From assembly GCA_963765895.1 (NCBI GenBank), contig CAVXZB010000073.1, positions 49,879 through 113,878 of the forward strand: DNA of 64,000 nt. Reading direction: 5' to 3'. The notes below the pieces were generated by a model, which saw nothing but the letters and a program-made list of their open reading frames with translations, did no database searches and was not told the origin of the DNA. The first letter of the stretch is position 1. Each line of letters starts with the position of its first letter. This document shows positions 58,168 through 64,000 of the stretch, one piece after another. The translations under genes were made by a program, and so were the position numbers. Origin of the DNA: an uncultured Nitrososphaeraceae archaeon (GTDB lineage Archaea > Thermoproteota > Nitrososphaeria > Nitrososphaerales > Nitrososphaeraceae).

Positions 58168-58812
58168 ATGTTATTGTTCCTAGATGCATTAACAGTAGTA
58201 TGGAATAACCTTTATCCATACATCGATAGGTCATTAAACGATCTTTTGAAATCTACAGTTGCCCTCTTTGTAGTCATAGACCCAATAGGTAGTGTACCTT
58301 TGTTTATTGCCCTTACTAAAGATATGAAGAGTGGTGATAGAAAGCGTATATCAACTAGTGCCATAATTACAGCCGCATCATTACTCGTAGTATTTGCTAT
58401 TGCTGGTACACAGATCCTATCTATATTTGGAATAACAATTTTCAGTTTCATGATCGCAGGGGGTGTCTTACTATTCATCGTTTCAATTGAATTATTGACC
58501 CACGGCGCATGGAGATTTGGACATGCTGGCAGTAGCGAGGATTCAGGAGTAGTTCCCTTGGCTTTTCCCCTCTTAGCGGGCCCAGGTGCCATCACTTCGG
58601 TAATAATTTCATTTCAATCATACGGTATAGTAATCACAATGCTTTCCATTGCTATTGTGATTGGGATTACATATGTAGTACTACTTATGATAAATCCAAT
58701 CTACAGACTATTAGGCAGGCGAGGATCTATGATAGTAACCAGGGTATTTGCAGTTTTTATTGCGGCAATAGCTGTTCAATATATAATTGTAGGAATTAAA
58801 CATCTCATTTAA
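58168..58812 (+). CDS. MarC-family membrane protein
   Basis: LFVVIDPIGSVPLF, VVPLAFPLLAGPGAITSV. Confidence 0.92.
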   Translation: MLLFLDALTVVWNNLYPYIDRSLNDLLKSTVALFVVIDPIGSVPLFIALTKDMKSGDRKRISTSAIITAASLLVVFAIAGTQILSIFGITIFSFMIAGGVLLFIVSIELLTHGAWRFGHAGSSEDSGVVPLAFPLLAGPGAITSVIISFQSYGIVITMLSIAIVIGITYVVLLMINPIYRLLGRRGSMIVTRVFAVFIAAIAVQYIIVGIKHLI

Positions 58813-59071
58813 CAAAATGAAAATATTATGTGAGTTGAATATGAGTGGCCTGGGCAGATTACGAGTGCATTTATCTATAAAGGTATTATTATTTTTAGTT
58901 CACAAAGCAAAATGGATAACACAGAATAATAGTCAGTAAATCCACATTCAATTATATATGGTTGGAATAAAATACAATTCTTTTCATGAAAGTTATAAAC
59001 AGTAACAGGTAAAAATATGATCAAGAATCAGTTCCTGCAGGAGTAATTTATTTAATTAGTTAATAAGTTAG

Positions 59072-59584
59072 CTAATTGATGTCTCTAGCTTGAAAGTCCT
59101 GCTCTAAGGGATGTTGGGAAAATGGCTCAGGCTTTTCATACAAAGGCTTTCCAGTCTCAGCTGCCCGTCTTGGAATGTTATAAACCCATTCTTTACCATT
59201 TTTAGTTCTTACCAACTTTTTTCAATCAGAATAACGAGATAAATAGGTTGAAATTATACTTAGTTGAGTTTGCTCTTTGAATTCATGCTCGTATATTTCT
59301 AGTACATCTGATGATGTAAAGGAATTGTATGTAAATTGGTTTTCTACGATATCCCATATTCTAGCGCCAACCGATGCTAAATCTTTCTTGTAAGGTTCAG
59401 AACTATGATAATCATGATTTACGGTATCAGGACCTTTATCTTTACCTCTTGTGTCTAGCATATCCATCAACTCAAAAACCTTCATAACTTTACTTTTCGA
59501 TATATTGCCTTCTAGTGAAAGATTATATTTACCTCCTTCCTCGTCTTCCAATTCAATTTTTATCTTTCTTTTATCTAGGCCCAA
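59072..59584 (-). CDS. Winged-helix hypothetical protein with an in-frame TGA at 59222-59224
   Basis: FTSSDVLEIYE...STYLSRYSD*KKLVRTKNGKEWVY continues in frame to 59072. Confidence 0.6.
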
Positions 59585-59891
59585 TTTACATACGTTACTG
59601 CAGATGACTTAATAGTCAAGCAAATAAACCTGATAGTAAAAATAGCCATGACAAATAGGTTAGCTTTTATTAGCTGAATTCCTATCAATAAAACAATTTG
59701 CATAACAACATGCAGATTTAGTCATTATTTCATTACACAAGATGTTCACATAAATCTTGCTTTTGACAGCTATTTTAACATACAAAAATAATAAATTTAT
59801 CTATGATATCAATACTGGTTGTTTAATTTATGAGAATCGCGTCTCACAGAGAAATGTTTTTCTACTCTGAATTAGGTAAAAAGGAAATTAG

Positions 59892-60398
59892 TTGGAAAAA
59901 CAGAGGAGGCCAACAGGGGTAACCATAATTGCCGTCTTGACCATAGTTGGGGGTATTCTAATATTCATAGATGGAGTATCTCTTATTGCATTATGGGTCT
60001 TGATTTCAGTTGCTCCAGGCAACCTGCCTCTGACACCAAATCCAAGTGATACCTCTCACAGCATAACCCAATTTTTTGGAGCCTTTTCGGCTGTTATGGG
60101 TTGTGTATTTTTGGCAATGGGTATCGGATATCTCACCATGTTTTATGGTCTGCTCAAAGGAAAGGAATGGGCATGGCTTATAACTATAGTCTTACTCATA
60201 ATAGGAATAGTCATTCAAATAGTGTCGACTACATCTGGTGGTGTATTTGATACGTCTATGATTAATAGAGATGAAATCAATAATAGATCTATTGTTTCCG
60301 AAATCACTATTAACATAATAGGAATAGCAATTAATATCCTTATAATATATTATTTATTTAGACCGCACGTTAGAGCATATTTCGGCAAAATTACATAG
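59892..60398 (+). CDS. Four-TM membrane protein
   Basis: RRPTGVTIIAVL...GLLKGKEWAW...YYLFRPHVRAYF. Confidence 0.8.
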   Translation: MEKQRRPTGVTIIAVLTIVGGILIFIDGVSLIALWVLISVAPGNLPLTPNPSDTSHSITQFFGAFSAVMGCVFLAMGIGYLTMFYGLLKGKEWAWLITIVLLIIGIVIQIVSTTSGGVFDTSMINRDEINNRSIVSEITINIIGIAINILIIYYLFRPHVRAYFGKIT

Positions 60399-60948
60399 TT
60401 GATGCTAACACCTCAATAAATCCTAATCATTATCAATTTCGACTACTTACCAGGGACGCTGATTGACACATTTTGTGATGAAGACAATCATTTAATCGTT
60501 GAATAATTGGAGTACAGTATAACTAGTAACGGATATATCGCGAGTAGTAAGAATAGCAACAATATATTTTGAAAGATAATAAAGATATCAGCAAGCACAT
60601 AAGTATAGCTACTAGAATGGACTAACTGCTGTCATTAAATAGCGAAACTGATTCTGGTATTTTGATACTCTTTGTGGTTTTGAGTTTACTATCAAATTTC
60701 AGTTAGTTAGTTCTATTCTTCTGATCTTTGAATGTCGATTGAGTATGAATCTTTGAGTCAGTCTTGTGGCTTTTTTCAAGCAATAGAAGATGATCAGTAA
60801 AAGCCATGAGCCCATAAAATTTTAATACAAACAAACATTATTAAAATAACAAAAATGTGTATTATTTATTATAAATTGGTCCCGATATTGAATCCAAGCA
60901 TCCAAAATATATTATATATTAAATACTTTATCTATTTACGAGAGAAGG

Positions 60949-61242
60949 TTATGTGAGATCTTTAATAATCTTCTTTGCTTCCTCGGCTGTAAATGCCCTC
61001 AAAGTTTTGGTCCGCACATTTCCAGCTGACCCAACTTTGAGCATCAGAGACATTGCTACTTCATCGTTTGGGACATCTATAATAATTACCACATCGTATT
61101 CACCGAAAGTATAGTAACCTCCAATAAGTTTTCCACCCGCTTTTTCGACCGATGCCTTAAAGGAACTGTAACGGTCTGAAGATTCCTTGATTTTACTAAT
61201 GCCCTGCTCAGTCCACTTTATGAGTAAAATATAGTGTGACAA
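60949..61242 (-). CDS. GYD-domain protein
   Basis: YYTFGEYDVVII, GNVRTKTLRAF. Confidence 0.9.
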   Translation of the reverse strand: MSHYILLIKWTEQGISKIKESSDRYSSFKASVEKAGGKLIGGYYTFGEYDVVIIIDVPNDEVAMSLMLKVGSAGNVRTKTLRAFTAEEAKKIIKDLT

Positions 61243-62171
61243 ATATTAGTTGGATACACAGGCTACTATTTATATATATTACGCAATCAAGTAAATTTTG
61301 TGGAGATTTTTATTAATGCTAGTATCAATCTCCTACGACTTCGGAGCCAATTTAGATTTGATCGTTTGAGTTTCAGCGGCAACGTTTTTTGGCTGATTAG
61401 GCCAGAGTTGACCGTTGATACGACATCTTAATTCTATTCTTTATCATCTATAAGTAGTTTGTAAATTCTCTCAATTAATAATATATCGAACTTGATATTG
61501 TCTTCAAGATCTGTATACTTTCTTTCTGACAAATGCCAACTTAGCATGCATAGATCCACTCTAATTCTTTTTTTGAAATACGGATGCGGAGGTTCCTCTC
61601 ACAGCACTTTCGCGACTAGTGGTCGTACTGTACTATTTCTTCACGAGATTCTGATCCGATAACAAAGAGCGTTTCATACCATGCATACATTTTCTTAGCC
61701 ATGGGAAACTCCTGCTCTTGTCACGAATCCTGCGGCTATTGCTGATAACAATGTGAAGCAGGGAGTGGATATATGTCACGGGTAATAGCGTAATGGCTGC
61801 TGCGAGAACTTTTGGGAGCAGTGGTAACAAGGGCATTGATCATAAAACCTTTTGCAGCAGAAAGATATCGTTAGGACTCGCCAAAGGATCACCACCATTA
61901 GATTTAAGTATTGTAGGATTACAATATCACGAGTATTACTATTATTGACCAAAAAAACTCATGCATCTAATTCACTTACTACCACTAATATTTACTTGAT
62001 AATGAAAATAAATGATATTGAGACTTAACATTAAAACAAGACCTGACTATGAATCTAGCTGTCAGTATCATAAAATGTCAGTTAAACTCATTAAATATCT
62101 ATGGTATAATGCCTCAAACCAATAACAATATAAGCATTTAATATAATGTATAACATAATTAGGTATATCTT

Positions 62172-63042
62172 ATGGATAAAGCATATGCTAAAGACTGGGA
62201 AGACGTAAAATATAACATCCATTCTAATGCACCAGATGAGAATAATATAACACGAGGAGCTCATCACGTTTTAGAGGCATTACCGACGACGCTACCTGGC
62301 TCTCATAACCTTATAGTTTATTCTGATATACGAGTTCTAAGAAAAGTATATCCAGAATATGTCAAATCTCTACTTGAGAATAATGAGATTGTCTTAATAT
62401 TGTCATATTATGAGCATCCATCTACAATGAGACAGATATTGCTAAACGGAAGTAATGGCAAGAGTAAGACTTTGAATGTGGAAGGATATATACAAGATGG
62501 TTCACTAGTAATTGTTGATTCACTAGCATCATATTTTAATCAAGGTTAATAATAATAATAATAATAACAATAATCATCATCTTCATTATGAAATAGATAA
62601 AGAAGATGATAATAACAATAATAATAATAACAATAATAATAAGCTGAACTTTTTATCACTCATAAGAATATTATTAAATCATGGTATAAAAAACAATAAA
62701 ACCGGTATTACTATATTTTCAGATATGGGTTCATTTTTTCATTTTAATTCTGCATCTTACAAGAACAATAATGACAATAACAATACTGAGGATAAAGTTG
62801 ATCACAATATTGATAATGATACTCTAAACAAAATCCTTGAATATGAAAGGTCAATTCCATCAAGCTATAAAGATTTAGAATTAAAGAAATTCTGCTTGTA
62901 TCATCAAAAGGATTATGAATCACATTTCAAGTCCACGCGTCAAAAGGCACAGTTACTTGACTGTCATGGCCGGTCCATTTTGATTATGGATGGTAATAAT
63001 AATAATAACTATGGTCATAATACCAAAAATAAGAATAATTGA
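62172..63042 (+). CDS. MEDS-like sensory domain protein with poly-Asn tracts, one +1 frameshift near 62546
   Basis: HNLIVY, DGSLVIVDS, IFSDMGSFF, LEYERSIP, FCLYHQKDY. Confidence 0.7.
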
Positions 63043-63483
63043 TCCAGCAGGAATATTTTTTAGTTAGCTCGTTACATTTAGTTAGTTTTATAGTTAGTAT
63101 ATAGTGAAATCTTTCCAGTACAGATTAATCTGTCTGGCGTCATTAGCTAACTGAATTACCAGAATGTTCAAAGATGCTATACATATATAGCTGTAAGATA
63201 ATGCAAATTTATTTAATATTTATTACAGAATAAATTTTCGATGAAAAATTAAAGCCATGACTTTCTAAATTCTTTTGTAATAATATTTAATGTGACAAAT
63301 CTACCAAACCAACCTTATAAATAAATATAGAATAGGTTACGGATATCCTTTTCAAGGAAATTATCTGGTATTGACTCGATCATGATATCATCTCTTACGG
63401 GCGATCAAGGTGGCAGGTCAAACATTGTCATTTCAGATCATATGGAATATACACCACAAATTGATACCTCTGTTCTATAACTG

Positions 63484-63970
63484 ATGAGCAAGGGTTACCA
63501 AGCGGATATCGGAGATGAGCATGTTTCTAAATTTTTTAAGAGTAAAAATTTTGCTTTTTTAGCTACTGTAAATAAAGATGGGTCACCATAGGTTACTCCA
63601 GTGTGGATAGATTTAGTCGAAGATAATACTATAGGTGGTAGAGTAATATTAGTAAATACTGCAAAGGGTCTGCTGAAACATAAGAACGTATCACGAGATC
63701 CGAGAGTCTCAATTTCTATGATTGATTCAGAAACAAATCCCTTATAGCATGATAACAATAAAAGGCAAAGTTATAGACCAAACCACAGCTGGTGCAAAAA
63801 AACATATCGATAACCTTGCTAAGAGATATCTAGTACTGAGACATATCCTGCTCATTCAGCAGATGTTGAAAGGATAATTCTCAAGATAGCACCATAAAGG
63901 ATTTTCTATATACCTCCTAGATTTACACAGTATTTGGAGAAAACTGAGAAAAGCAAGAATACAAACTAGA
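63484..63970 (+). pseudogene. PPOX-class F420-dependent oxidoreductase pseudogene
   Basis: AFLATVNKDGSP*VTPVW, KHKNVSRDPRVSIS, HIDNLAKRY; stops and frameshifts. Confidence 0.85.
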
Positions 63971-64000
63971 TTGAAACTAGTGAGTTAGAGAAGGACAACT

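Noticed and set aside
58846-58855. TGGCCTGGGC as a further att copy
   Set aside because: Only 9 of 10 match, on the wrong side of the tRNA, with no integrase nearby
59222-59224. Selenocysteine or pyrrolysine read-through at this TGA (and the TAG near 63589)
   Set aside because: Not at catalytic positions, no supporting machinery in the window, and the PPOX gene also has frameshifts; ordinary nonsense changes or errors
61300-61900. ORF 61633-61836 as a real gene
   Set aside because: No motif; region looks like a degraded remnant I cannot assign
1-64000. CRISPR array or cas genes
   Set aside because: No regularly spaced 25-40 bp repeats and no Cas motifs seen

Overview
AT-rich archaeal DNA. 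Gene content and frequent TTG/GTG starts suggest a soil ammonia-oxidising archaeon (Nitrososphaeraceae); this is inferred, not proven. The main feature is a ~44.6 kb genomic island between a tRNA-Ala(CGC) gene (56687-56759, minus strand) and a 13-bp copy of its 3' end (12072-12084). A tyrosine recombinase gene lies next to the tRNA. The island carries an apparently complete extracellular contractile injection system (eCIS, Afp/PVC-like) operon at 20664-44433. It encodes sheath, tube, DUF4255 cap, AAA+ ATPase, LysM, split VgrG, PAAR-like tip, gp25, two baseplate-J proteins, a tail-I-like protein and a DUF6519/beta-helix fibre. Two DUF4157 candidate effectors follow. They share a Cys-rich leader and upstream DNA but differ at the C-terminus: OmpA-like plus M35 metallopeptidase in one, an unrecognised Cys-His-Asp domain in the other. 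A decayed CHAT-domain gene comes next. The eCIS genes are broken by 17 frameshifts, all +1, with no nonsense codons, which most likely reflects long-read insertion errors. An older integrase-bearing element abuts the island on the left. Five IS elements with identifiable ends (four IS5-family, one IS6), an IS481 remnant and many pseudogenes lie around, but not inside, the structural operon.
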